A DNA stretch of 64,000 nucleotides, from positions 560 through 64,559 of the forward strand of contig NZCK01000014.1 of assembly GCA_002688265.1 (NCBI GenBank). Reading direction: 5' to 3'. Below are positions 8,117-17,255 of this stretch, one piece after another. Origin of the DNA: an archaeon. GTDB lineage: Archaea > Nanobdellota > Nanobdellia > Woesearchaeales > GW2011-AR9. The notes under the pieces were generated by a model. The model made no database searches, had not been told where the DNA came from, and saw only the letters and a program-made list of their open reading frames with translations. Each line of letters begins with the position of its first letter. Position 1 is the first letter of the stretch. The translations under genes and the position numbers were made by a program.

Positions 8117-9169
8117 ATGTTAATCAAAAGATTTGAGCCAAAATTAGGAATTGCCAAGATTAAAGTCACCGATCCTGATGACTTGTGGTACCTAAGCCAT
8201 TTAATAGATGCTGGGAATAAGATAAAAGGCACTGCTCACCGTAAGATCAAAATTGGAGAAGGTGACAATGTTAGGATCGTTCGTAAGGTTGTAACTATCA
8301 CAATTTTAGTTGAAAAGATTGAATATCAGGCTCAAAATGCTACGTTAAGAATTAATGGTACTATTGTGGAAGGACCTGATGATTTTCCAAGAGGCAGTTA
8401 TCAAAATATTAGTATTAATGAAGATGACGAACTTAGCATTCAAAAAGAGTATTGGCCTAGTTTTCAAGAGCAGAAATTAAAAGAGGCTGCTAAACCAAAA
8501 CAACAAATATTAATTTGCATAATGAATCGTGAAGAAGCCATTTTTGCTATTTCCACTAAGTTTGGCCATAAGGTTCTTTCAGAATTCAAAGGTGAGACCA
8601 ACAAAAAGTATGCTGGGCACACAAGTAGAGGCAATTTTTACCAGGACTTACAAAAAATTATTCAAGAGTATAATTCTAGGTTCAATCCTTCCAGGATTAT
8701 TTTAGCGTCACCTGCGTTTTATACCGAAGATTTTCTTAAACAAATGAATAATTCAGAGTTTAAAAAAAAAATTATTACTGCTAATTCTTCTTCTGTTGAT
8801 AGTTCTGCAATTACCGAGCTTCTTAAAAATCCTAAACTTCAGTCAACATTGAAAGAAAATCGTGCAACTCAAGAAGCAAATTTAATTGACCAGTTACTAA
8901 GAGAGATAGGGAAAGGGTCTGGGAAGTATGCTTATGGTTTAAGAGATACTTCTAATGCTATTTTGCAGGGTGCTGCTGTTAAGGTTTTAGTTTCGACTAA
9001 GTATATTAATAAAGCGAAGGAAGAGAATAATTATGCAGAGATTGATTCTGTGTTAGTTACTGCTGATAGAATGAAAGCAGAGGTTCATATTTTATTTAGT
9101 GATTTGCAAAGCGGTAAGCAGTTAGATGGGCTTGGAGGAATAGCTGCAGTTCTAAGATATGCAATTTAA
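8117..9169 (+). CDS. pelA: Pelota / Dom34 (mRNA surveillance, ribosome rescue)
   Basis: 350 aa. The N-terminus MLIKRF...IKVTDPDDLWYLSHLI is typical of Pelota. eRF1-like central and C-terminal domains. Confidence 0.9.
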   Translation: MLIKRFEPKLGIAKIKVTDPDDLWYLSHLIDAGNKIKGTAHRKIKIGEGDNVRIVRKVVTITILVEKIEYQAQNATLRINGTIVEGPDDFPRGSYQNISINEDDELSIQKEYWPSFQEQKLKEAAKPKQQILICIMNREEAIFAISTKFGHKVLSEFKGETNKKYAGHTSRGNFYQDLQKIIQEYNSRFNPSRIILASPAFYTEDFLKQMNNSEFKKKIITANSSSVDSSAITELLKNPKLQSTLKENRATQEANLIDQLLREIGKGSGKYAYGLRDTSNAILQGAAVKVLVSTKYINKAKEENNYAEIDSVLVTADRMKAEVHILFSDLQSGKQLDGLGGIAAVLRYAI

Positions 9170-9179
9170 CATCTTAATA

Positions 9180-9216
9180 GTGGGACTGAAACGAAGTGAA
9201 AGTCGCACCTCTTTTT
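9180..9216 (+). terminator. hairpin plus T-run downstream of pelota
   Basis: GTGGGAC at 9180-9186 pairs with GTCGCAC at 9202-9208 (one mismatch). It is followed by CTCTTTTTA. Confidence 0.35.
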
Positions 9217-9233
9217 ATCAAATGTTTTGTAAA

Positions 9234-9299
9234 CATTTGGTGAGTAAACAGTTAGATGGTTTAGATGGCATTGCAGCAATTCTTAGATATGCCACATAA
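9234..9299 (+). pseudogene. displaced second copy of the pelota 3' end
   Basis: Translates as HLVSKQLDGLDGIAAILRYAT-stop, against DLQSGKQLDGLGGIAAVLRYAI-stop for the real C-terminus. About 75 percent nucleotide identity, with most differences synonymous. Confidence 0.6.
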
Positions 9300-9607
9300 T
9301 TCCAAAAAAATTCACTAAAAAATCAAACAAAAAACTGCCAAAAACACGAATATAAAGTATATAAACTACCATAATTGCAAGCACATAAAAATCTTTTTCT
9401 CGTCGATAAAACCACTAACACCAAGGTCCAAAAATAACTTTGAAGAAACCACAACCTTTTAATAGTAGTGTTTGTTCCTTATAACTTAGTTACAAAAGAG
9501 GGTGAATTCCGAAGAAGGGTCTTCAAAAGAGGTGTTTTGAACTGTATATCCCGTTCTTCATTATTTGTTATTTGCGCCCTATTTAGTAAATGGGGAGGGT
9601 ATTAAAA

Positions 9608-10405
9608 ATGATCGTAAAAGAGGAATTATTAGCACAGTTAAGAAGATATTTCGATCTTAATTTGTATGAAGTTAAATTGTGGGCTGCTTTACTTAGTCGT
9701 GGCGTTTCAACAGCTGGAGAACTTTCTGACATTGCAGACGTTCCAAGATCTCGAAGTTATGATGTTCTTGAAAGTTTGGAGAAGAAAGGTTTCGTTGTTA
9801 TGAAAACAGGCAAGCCAATTAAATATATTGCAATTCCACCAAGTGAAGTTGTTGACCGTGTAAAGAAGAATATGCATTTGAATGCTCAAACAAAAATCAA
9901 CCGTTTGGATTCAATCAAAACTTCTCCACTATTAGTGGAATTAGAACAATTACACACAACAGGAATTTCTCTGATTGATCCATCAGAGATGACTGGAACC
10001 TTAAAAGGCCGTCATAACTTATACAACCACCTTGATTTCTTAATGAAAGGTGCAAAAAAATCTGTAAATATTATGACAACTGAGAAAGGTTTTATGCGAA
10101 AAGCTGAAGGTCTTAAAGCAAGTATGGAAAAAGCCAAAAAGCGTGGTGTAAAGATTAGAATTGCTGCTCCTTTAACTAAAGAGAACAAGCATATTGCTGC
10201 TGAATTAAAAGGTGTTGCAGAAGTAAAACATAACGCTAAGGTTAATTCCAGGTTTGTTACAGTAGATGCCGCTGACCTTGTTTTTATGACAATGGATGAC
10301 GGAGAAGTTCACCCTAGTTATGATTTAGGTGTTTGGGTAAAAACCCCTTACTTCGCGTCAAGTATGGACAGTATGTTTAATACTAATTGGGGCAATTTGA
10401 GATAA
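9608..10405 (+). CDS. TrmB-family transcriptional regulator
   Basis: N-terminal wHTH YEVKLWAALLSRGVSTAGELSDIADVPRSRSYDVLESLEKKGFV. GGAGGG lies about 9 nt upstream of the ATG at 9608. The track start at 9590 is an alternative. Confidence 0.8.
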   Translation: MIVKEELLAQLRRYFDLNLYEVKLWAALLSRGVSTAGELSDIADVPRSRSYDVLESLEKKGFVVMKTGKPIKYIAIPPSEVVDRVKKNMHLNAQTKINRLDSIKTSPLLVELEQLHTTGISLIDPSEMTGTLKGRHNLYNHLDFLMKGAKKSVNIMTTEKGFMRKAEGLKASMEKAKKRGVKIRIAAPLTKENKHIAAELKGVAEVKHNAKVNSRFVTVDAADLVFMTMDDGEVHPSYDLGVWVKTPYFASSMDSMFNTNWGNLR

Positions 10406-10495
10406 ACCAATATTTTAAATTTATTTATTTTTTCTTCTCTTTCTTCTTCTTAATGGCAGGTAATTTTATAAACAAACATTGGCATTATTTATCAT

Positions 10496-12034
10496 ATGTC
10501 AAAAAGTAGCTCTCATGCAAAATTGATTTTAAAATTGCACCCTTATGAAAGGAAAGTACTTCCTCTTCTAGCTAAAACCAGTGATTTCCAAGAACTAATC
10601 AGCCAAAGTGGACTAAAAGACATTGAGGTTATGCGAGCGTTGCAATGGCTTAGCAATAAAGAAATTCTTAATGTTGAGACTCAAAAGACCAAAATGATTC
10701 ATTTGGGTAAAAATGCACTACATTATCAAAAACATGGGATGCCAGAAAAACAATTAGCAAAAGCACTAAAAGATTCATTTCAATCTACTGCAACAATTAC
10801 TAAACTCACAAAATTAAGCTCTGAAGAAATCAATGCCAGTATTGGTCAACTCAAAAGGAATAAAGCGGTTGATATGCAAAAGGGGGAAAAAGGTTTAGAA
10901 CTTAAAGCGACAAAAGATACTAAAAAATTCTTAACAACTAAAAGTCTTGAAGAAAGATTTCTTTGCAAGCAATTTCCCTTTAACTATGAAAAACTAAGCA
11001 AAGAAGATGAGCAAGCTCTCAAATGTTTGAATAAAAGAAAAGATTTCATTATAATTAAAGACGAAAAATCAGTCAAAATCAATATTAAAAAACTAGGAAA
11101 GCAACTAAGCAAACTAAAAATTAATCAAAATGTCACTAGTAGATTAACTCCAGCAATGTTAAAAGATGGTTCTTGGAGAAAAAAAGAATTCAGAGCATAT
11201 GATATAGAAATTAATGTTCCAACCATTCATCCAGGGAAAAAACATTTTGTCAACCAAGCAGTTGATTACATCAAAAACATTTGGCTCGAGATGGGTTTTG
11301 AAGAGATGCAAGGCAATTATGTTCACTCAGCTTTTTGGGACCTTGACGCTTTATTTGTACCGCAAGACCATCCAGCAAGAGAGATGCAGGACACTTTTTA
11401 TTTGCCAGGAAAAGCAAAATTACCAAAAAAGATCTATCCAAAAATCAAGGCTGTTCATGAAGATGGTGGAAACACAGGTTCAGCAGGTTGGGGTTACAAA
11501 TACAGTAAAGAAGAGGCAGAAAAAATAATGTTAAGAACTCACACGACTGTTCTCAGCGCTCAAACTATTTCAAACTTAAAAGAGAGTGATTTACCTGCTA
11601 AGTTTTTCGCAGTCAATAAAGTATTTCGTAATGAAGCTCTTGATTGGAAACATTTATTTGAATTTTATCAAGTTGAAGGGATTGTAGTAGACCCTAACGC
11701 AAATTTAAGTCATCTTAAAGGATATTTAACTCAGTTTTACAAAAAAATGGGCTATAGCAAAGTTAGAATGCGGCCAGCTCATTTTCCATACACCGAACCG
11801 AGTGTAGAAGTAGACGTTTTTCATCCAATAAAAAAAGAATGGGTAGAACTTGGTGGAGCAGGAATTTTCCGTCCAGAAGTTGTAAAACCTCTACTTGGAA
11901 TCGACTGCCCAGTACTTGCTTGGGGCCAAGGCATGGGAAGAATAATCAGTGCTTATTGGCAAATTACTGACATAAGGGACCTCTATCGTAACGATTTGAA
12001 ACAACTTAGAGAAATGAAATTATGGTTAGAATAA
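10496..12034 (+). CDS. pheS: phenylalanyl-tRNA synthetase alpha subunit
   Basis: Class II motifs (FRNEALDWKHLFEFYQVEG; GAGIFRPEV...AWGQGMGRI). Archaeal-type N-terminal wH repeats. Adjacent to pheT. Confidence 0.92.
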   Translation: MSKSSSHAKLILKLHPYERKVLPLLAKTSDFQELISQSGLKDIEVMRALQWLSNKEILNVETQKTKMIHLGKNALHYQKHGMPEKQLAKALKDSFQSTATITKLTKLSSEEINASIGQLKRNKAVDMQKGEKGLELKATKDTKKFLTTKSLEERFLCKQFPFNYEKLSKEDEQALKCLNKRKDFIIIKDEKSVKINIKKLGKQLSKLKINQNVTSRLTPAMLKDGSWRKKEFRAYDIEINVPTIHPGKKHFVNQAVDYIKNIWLEMGFEEMQGNYVHSAFWDLDALFVPQDHPAREMQDTFYLPGKAKLPKKIYPKIKAVHEDGGNTGSAGWGYKYSKEEAEKIMLRTHTTVLSAQTISNLKESDLPAKFFAVNKVFRNEALDWKHLFEFYQVEGIVVDPNANLSHLKGYLTQFYKKMGYSKVRMRPAHFPYTEPSVEVDVFHPIKKEWVELGGAGIFRPEVVKPLLGIDCPVLAWGQGMGRIISAYWQITDIRDLYRNDLKQLREMKLWLE

Positions 12035-12123
12035 TTAGAACACAACTAAAACATAGATTAACAAAATAAGACAAACTTAACAAAACTAGAAGAAATAAAC
12101 AAATAAAAATTAAGAGAAAAACA

Positions 12124-13809
12124 ATGCCAACTATTACAGCAAGCAAAAAAGAACTGTTCAAACTAATTGGCAAAAAATTGCCTGAAGCTACTCTTAAAGA
12201 TCGAATTAGTATGCTTGGAACTGATTTAGAAGAGATTGATGGTGATGACATTAAAGTAGAAATTTTTCCAAACAGGCCAGACCTCCTCTCAACTCAAGGT
12301 TTAGGTAGAGCCTTAGCTTCTTTTATTGGAACAAAACCAGGATTAAGAGAATACAAAGTAAAACCAAGCAAAAAAAAAGTTATTGTTGATAAGAATGTAA
12401 CCATGCGACCCTACACTGCTTGTGCTATTGTAAAAGGTTTAACTCTTAGTGATCAAAATATCATTGATTTGATGCAATTACAAGAAAAATTGGCTACAAC
12501 TCATGGTAGAAATAGAAAAAAGTCTGCCTATGGAATTTATCCATTAGAATCAATTAATTTTCCTGTTCATTATGTTGCAAAAGATCCAAAAAAAATAAAA
12601 TTCAAACCACTAGGTTTTGAAGAAGAGATCTGTGCAGCTTTAATTCCAGAAGTTCATCCAAAAGGTAAGTCTTTTGCTAGTCTAACTTCAAATTGGAAAC
12701 AATTTCCTTTCTTCATTGACGCAAAGGACAACATCATGTGTATGCTTCCATTCACCAATTCTGAAGAAACAGGAAAAGTAACTGTTGACACTAAAGATGT
12801 TTTTATTGAATGTACTGGTATTGACTTATGTAATGTTAACATCGCCTTAAACATCCTTACAACTACTTTAGCAGATATGGGTGGAACTATTGAATCACTT
12901 GAAATTGAATATAAAGCGAACAAAAAAACTTTCACAACACCTAATTTAAATCCAAAAGAAATGCTATTAGATTTAAACAGAATCAACAAATTGCTAGGTT
13001 TAAAGCTCAACCAAAATGATGCAATAAAATGGCTGAAGAGAATGGGTTTTGGAACAAAAAAGATAGTTGACAAAGCCAAGAAAGATAATCTAACTGTTTT
13101 AATTCCTTCCTACCGGAACGATATTTTACATCAAGTAGATTTTGCTGAAGATATTGCAATAGCATTTGGTTATGAAAACTTCAAAGAACAGATTCCTGAA
13201 GTTGCAACTATTGCAAAACAAGATCCTCTTCAAATATTTTCAGAAAAAATTAGACAGATTCTTATTGGTCTTGGTGAATTAGAAGTCAAAAATTTCCATC
13301 TAATCAAAGAAACAGAATTAACTGAGTTAATGTCTACAAAGCAAAAAGTAATCAAACTTTCCAATTCTTTAGGTGACCATAACATTTTAAGAGATGCAAT
13401 TCTTCCAAGTCTTTTGAAAACTTTATCAATTAATTCTCATAACGAATATCCTCAAGATATTTTTGAGATTGGAAGAGTCTTCAAGAAAAGTTTTGATAAA
13501 AGTATTGACACTGGTATTAAAGAAACTTTGAATTTAGCTGTTGCCTTGTGTAGTGAACAAGTAGATTTTACTGCTATTAGGCAAGTTGTTGATAGTGTAT
13601 CTTTACATTTAAACACTAAAATAAGTGTGAAAGAGATAAGTCATCCAAGTTACATCGAAGGGAGGGTTGGCCAGATTATGCTAAACAAAAAAACAATAGG
13701 TATTATAGGAGAAATTCACCCCCAAGTTTTAGAGAACTGGCAGATAAAAGCCCCTGTTGTAAATTTAGAACTTGATTTGGAAGAGTTGTATAAAGAAGCT
13801 AGAAAGTAA
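12124..13809 (+). CDS. pheT: phenylalanyl-tRNA synthetase beta subunit
   Basis: 561 aa, the archaeal beta-subunit length and B3/4-B5 layout. The N-terminus MPTITASKKELFKLIGK is typical. Sits downstream of pheS. Confidence 0.9.
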   Translation: MPTITASKKELFKLIGKKLPEATLKDRISMLGTDLEEIDGDDIKVEIFPNRPDLLSTQGLGRALASFIGTKPGLREYKVKPSKKKVIVDKNVTMRPYTACAIVKGLTLSDQNIIDLMQLQEKLATTHGRNRKKSAYGIYPLESINFPVHYVAKDPKKIKFKPLGFEEEICAALIPEVHPKGKSFASLTSNWKQFPFFIDAKDNIMCMLPFTNSEETGKVTVDTKDVFIECTGIDLCNVNIALNILTTTLADMGGTIESLEIEYKANKKTFTTPNLNPKEMLLDLNRINKLLGLKLNQNDAIKWLKRMGFGTKKIVDKAKKDNLTVLIPSYRNDILHQVDFAEDIAIAFGYENFKEQIPEVATIAKQDPLQIFSEKIRQILIGLGELEVKNFHLIKETELTELMSTKQKVIKLSNSLGDHNILRDAILPSLLKTLSINSHNEYPQDIFEIGRVFKKSFDKSIDTGIKETLNLAVALCSEQVDFTAIRQVVDSVSLHLNTKISVKEISHPSYIEGRVGQIMLNKKTIGIIGEIHPQVLENWQIKAPVVNLELDLEELYKEARK

Positions 13810-13813
13810 CGTC

Positions 13814-14317
13814 TTATTCTTCAACAAACACTGACATCAAATATTTTTTCCTTCTTCTTTTTAATTCTCGGTATTTATAACTAAGTCCATAAAACAAGAA
13901 ATACACTATTGGTCCAAAGATTATTGCTAAGAAAAAAGCTCCAAGGAAGACTTGTTTAGCCACAGGAAGAAGATTCATGTTTGTAATGTTTTCAACCAAT
14001 CCAATTCCGTTACCAATTATTTTTTCTCCAACTCGATATTCAAATAAGTACCAAAAAGAAGCTGTGAAAGGGTTAACAAATAAAGTTCCTAAGTAGGTTG
14101 ACAACAAATTCCACTCTCGTTTCCAAGCAATCAATAAAGAAATTATCATTCCTCCTCCAAACGATGGGAAAAATGAGAACATGAAGCCAGTTGCAAATCC
14201 TGCTGCAATATCATGTGGTGTAGAGTGAGAATATATTACTGTTTTTTTCAGACTTTTTAGTAATCCTTCTTGTTTAAATTGCAATTTAACTAATGCAAAT
14301 CTCTCTTTGAAGGTCAT
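13814..14317 (-). CDS. DUF2062-like membrane protein
   Basis: HDIAAGFATGFMFSFFP motif followed by 3-4 hydrophobic helices. Confidence 0.55.
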   Translation of the reverse strand: MTFKERFALVKLQFKQEGLLKSLKKTVIYSHSTPHDIAAGFATGFMFSFFPSFGGGMIISLLIAWKREWNLLSTYLGTLFVNPFTASFWYLFEYRVGEKIIGNGIGLVENITNMNLLPVAKQVFLGAFFLAIIFGPIVYFLFYGLSYKYRELKRRRKKYLMSVFVEE

Positions 14318-14444
14318 TTTTAGAAAAAAACTGCCTTTTTATTAAAACGTAACCCTTAGTATTTCAATATAATCTAACTTTGACATTATTCTTTTACTAC
14401 AACAATGCTTTTAAGATAAGCTCCTCCTCAAATTAATTTGTAGG

Positions 14445-15122
14445 ATGGTATACAAGATAGGTTTGATGGGTACCCATAATATTGGAAAAACTGCTCTTGG
14501 TGGACAAGTTACTGGAACTCTTCAAAGCAGAGGTTTAGAATCAAAATTTATTGGAGAATATGCTACAAAAGCAAGAGATACTGGGCTAAAAATTAATGAA
14601 GGAACAACTTTTGAGGCTCAATATTGGATTTTATTTAGTCAATTTGCAGAGGAATTAAGACTAAATAGAGAAAGAGAAGGTCACCCAAATTATGATGTGT
14701 TAGTTTGCGATAGAGGTCCAGATAATTATTGTTACTTAGCTGAAAATTTAAAAGAAGACCCATTAGCACTTTCAATTGTGTTAGGTATAATGGAAAAGGC
14801 ACCTTACTCTCGCCTTTACTTACTTCCAATAGTAAACTCTGAAATTTCAAAAGGTACTGGTACCCGCTCAGAAAATATTAACTTCAGGACAAGTATGGAT
14901 CAAGCAGTGAGGTCATTCTTAAACAAACACGATATTCCCTATATTGATTTACCTGCCCCAATAAGAGGAGATAGTTTCAGAGAAGAATGGACCAGAATAA
15001 TTGTTAACCAAACTTTAGAAGACTTTGGAATGCCAAAAAGATTAATGATACCAGATTCAAGATCACTCAGAGGACTCTTTCATAGTTTAGCTAGGATTCT
15101 AGTTACTGGATATAGGCGTTGA
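14445..15122 (+). CDS. P-loop NTPase (NadR/AAA_28-like ATPase or kinase)
   Basis: Walker A GTHNIGKT at the N-terminus and a DRG Walker-B-like segment. The 3' end overlaps the convergent gene by 24 nt. Confidence 0.55.
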   Translation: MVYKIGLMGTHNIGKTALGGQVTGTLQSRGLESKFIGEYATKARDTGLKINEGTTFEAQYWILFSQFAEELRLNREREGHPNYDVLVCDRGPDNYCYLAENLKEDPLALSIVLGIMEKAPYSRLYLLPIVNSEISKGTGTRSENINFRTSMDQAVRSFLNKHDIPYIDLPAPIRGDSFREEWTRIIVNQTLEDFGMPKRLMIPDSRSLRGLFHSLARILVTGYRR

Positions 15123-15842
15123 AATCTCTTCACAATTAACTTCTATCCACTCGCCTTCCTGCAAACTTCCTAATTTTAAGTTTCCAATAGCTACTCGTTG
15201 CAACGCTGCAACTTTGTTACCAACAGCCTCTAGCATTTTACGCACTTGTCGAAATTTCCCTTCAGAAATAGAAAGATATAATTCATGATCTCGAATCCTT
15301 GTAACTTTAGCTGGCAAACATTGATAGGTTCCTCCTTGCTTCATTTCAATTGTAACTCCTCTCTGTAATGATTCTATTTGCTCATCAGTTATTTTTTCTT
15401 TCACGAGGACTTTGTATTTCTTCCAAACTTTCATGTCTGGACTTAATATTTTACGAGAAAATTCTCCATCATTAGTTATTATCAAAAGTCCAGTTGTTGG
15501 CACATCAAGTCGACCTACACAAAAAAGACTGTTCCAAACCTTCCCTCCAATTTTCTCTTTATCAATCAAATCTCTACAATATTTAAATTGATCACCAAAC
15601 TGGCAACTTGTATTGAAAGGTTTGTTTAAGATGAAATATTTCTTTGTAACAAATGTAACTTCTTTTCCAGAAACAGTCACAGATCTTGTGTTTGGATTGC
15701 ATTGAAACTGTTGATTCTTCGTAACTCTTCCATCAATTGCAACCTTACCTCCACGCAATGCATCAACTAATTCTTCTTTAGAGGAAAACATTCCTGACTT
15801 TCTAAGAATTTGATAAAGAGTTAGTTTTTTTGCCATTGTCAA
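15099..15842 (-). CDS. RsuA/RluB-type (bacterial-type) pseudouridine synthase with S4 domain
   Basis: N-terminal S4-like domain. YFILNKP, GRLDVPTTGLLIITNDG (catalytic Asp) and ISEGKFRQVRKMLEAVGNKV line up with E. coli RsuA motifs. Confidence 0.8.
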   Translation of the reverse strand: MTMAKKLTLYQILRKSGMFSSKEELVDALRGGKVAIDGRVTKNQQFQCNPNTRSVTVSGKEVTFVTKKYFILNKPFNTSCQFGDQFKYCRDLIDKEKIGGKVWNSLFCVGRLDVPTTGLLIITNDGEFSRKILSPDMKVWKKYKVLVKEKITDEQIESLQRGVTIEMKQGGTYQCLPAKVTRIRDHELYLSISEGKFRQVRKMLEAVGNKVAALQRVAIGNLKLGSLQEGEWIEVNCEEISTPISSN

Positions 15843-15885
15843 AAATAAATTTCAAATTAAAAAAAAAAGGAATTTAAACCTAATT

Positions 15886-16338
15886 TTATTCAGTTTTCGC
15901 TTCAGTTTTTACTTCTTCCTTAACTTCAGCTTTTGGAGCAACAGGTGCTTCTACTTTTTTTGGAGCTACTGCTTCCTTAACTAATTTAGCTTCTTTTTTT
16001 ATTTTCTTTGCTGGTTTCCCTTTATCAGCAGACTTACGCTTAGTTTTCTTTGCAAGTCTCACTTGTTTTGGACGAGATCCCGCTTTCTTAGCTTTTGTTT
16101 CACTTAACTTTACACCAAATGGTTCAAGTACTTTAGAAACTTCTGCTGTGCTAGCTCCTGCTTTAACTTCAACTGTGTCAGCGAGTGGTTCTAGATGATT
16201 CACGTTTACCTCTCGGCGTCTGGTTGCTCCATCAATTAAAACTCTGCTATTCTTAATTTCACTCAATACCACGCATTTTTGTCCAGCGTCTCTTCCGGCT
16301 AGTTTTACACAAATTCTTCCAATTGTATACAGACTCAT
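15886..16338 (-). CDS. rpl14e: ribosomal protein L14e with K/A/E-rich C-terminal tail
   Basis: KOW-type N-terminus IGRICVKLAGRDAGQKCVV. 4-nt overlap with L34e. Confidence 0.85.
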   Translation of the reverse strand: MSLYTIGRICVKLAGRDAGQKCVVLSEIKNSRVLIDGATRRREVNVNHLEPLADTVEVKAGASTAEVSKVLEPFGVKLSETKAKKAGSRPKQVRLAKKTKRKSADKGKPAKKIKKEAKLVKEAVAPKKVEAPVAPKAEVKEEVKTEAKTE

Positions 16339-16667
16339 TGTGATTCACCTCCTTCCATTGATTCAGACTCAACTACGTCTTCCTGATTTTCTATTCTTGA
16401 CTGTTCTTTGATTACAGCACGCATAGCCCGGCTTGAAAGAACTCCTCCGTATGGTCTTTCTGGTCGTCTTTGTGATTTTGGCAAGTTTCGAATTTTGCTT
16501 GTCTTATCTTTAGGAACTCCAGCCAGAGGTGTACCATAAATTGCGCAGATTGCTGGGCTTGGTTTTCTTTTTCTGTAATGTTTTACTGTCTTTCCGCCAG
16601 GTGTTTTAACGCTCACCCTACGAAACCTTCGTGATTTTAGTTTTCCGTCTACCATTTTATTCTCCAT
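16335..16667 (-). CDS. rpl34e: ribosomal protein L34e
   Basis: RSRRFRRVSVKTPGGKTVKHYRKRKPSPAICAIYGTPLAGV is the L34e signature. Confidence 0.88.
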   Translation of the reverse strand: MENKMVDGKLKSRRFRRVSVKTPGGKTVKHYRKRKPSPAICAIYGTPLAGVPKDKTSKIRNLPKSQRRPERPYGGVLSSRAMRAVIKEQSRIENQEDVVESESMEGGESQ

Positions 16668-16690
16668 TAACTTTGCAAAGGTTAACTTCC

Positions 16691-16699
16691 TTTTATAAG
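16691..16699 (-). promoter_or_regulatory. TATA box for L34e-L14e
   Basis: The minus strand reads CTTATAAAA. Its proximal edge is 24 nt upstream of the L34e ATG, consistent with a leaderless or very short-leader transcript. Confidence 0.45.
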
Positions 16700-16850
16700 C
16701 AAAGCATTTTGTATATTTTTTAGTAGAAACGATTCAAGAAACTTTTAACTTTTAATTCAAAAAATCAAGTTGCTTCTGATTGAGTCGCCTCCAATCTTAT
16801 CCACAAGGGATATATGACTATTATTTTGCTCCTGTTTAAAAAGGTTATGC

Positions 16851-17192
16851 TTAAGAATCTCTCTCTAACAATGAACGATATTCTTCGAGATAAGATCCAG
16901 GTAAACCACTTTGTGATGCAAAATAAATTAAAACATATCCTTCTGCCTTCTCTTCTAATACTGGAGAAGAACTTCCTACAAGAGGATGGATCCCTGCCAT
17001 TTCGTTACAATGTTCTGGATCACACTGACAAAGGTAAGCTAGTGAAATACCCCCATTTATTGTATCCCTAAAAACTACTGCATCATTAGATTCTGAAGCC
17101 GTTCTATGTTGCATTCCAATTACTGTTCCTTCTAATAATTTTAACTTTTCCAACGCCGCTTGGCCTTCGTATTTTACAGTTTCAAGTGACAT
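16851..17192 (-). CDS. hypothetical protein (113 aa) in the slot usually held by cmk
   Basis: Co-directional with DUF106 and L34e. No P-loop. The competing plus-strand ORF 16814-17071 is low-complexity. Confidence 0.5.
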   Translation of the reverse strand: MSLETVKYEGQAALEKLKLLEGTVIGMQHRTASESNDAVVFRDTINGGISLAYLCQCDPEHCNEMAGIHPLVGSSSPVLEEKAEGYVLIYFASQSGLPGSYLEEYRSLLERDS

Positions 17193-17255
17193 AACAATTC
17201 AAAAAACTATCAGTATAAAACGTTATCTAAAAAGAAAAAGATATTTTAGTAAATC

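Noticed and set aside
9181-9208. GGGACTGAAAC...GAAAGTCGCAC, which looks like the end of a CRISPR repeat.
   Set aside because: It is a single occurrence with no repeat-spacer periodicity anywhere in the window and no cas genes. It folds as a simple hairpin followed by a T-run after pelota, so I treat it as a terminator-like hairpin.
12654-13079. 141-aa minus-strand ORF, and similar antisense ORFs at 12006-12251, 40047-40536, 44454-44795, 47731-47937, 61192-61518 and 62340-63012.
   Set aside because: They are antisense to genes with clear family signatures (pheT, MscS, ABC permease, SecD, NFACT, lysozyme-like). Their composition is low-complexity.
16814-17071. 85-aa plus-strand ORF overlapping 16851-17192.
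   Set aside because: It has low-complexity Leu/Lys-rich sequence and runs opposite to the surrounding operon. The minus-strand ORF is longer and co-directional, although it is itself unassigned.
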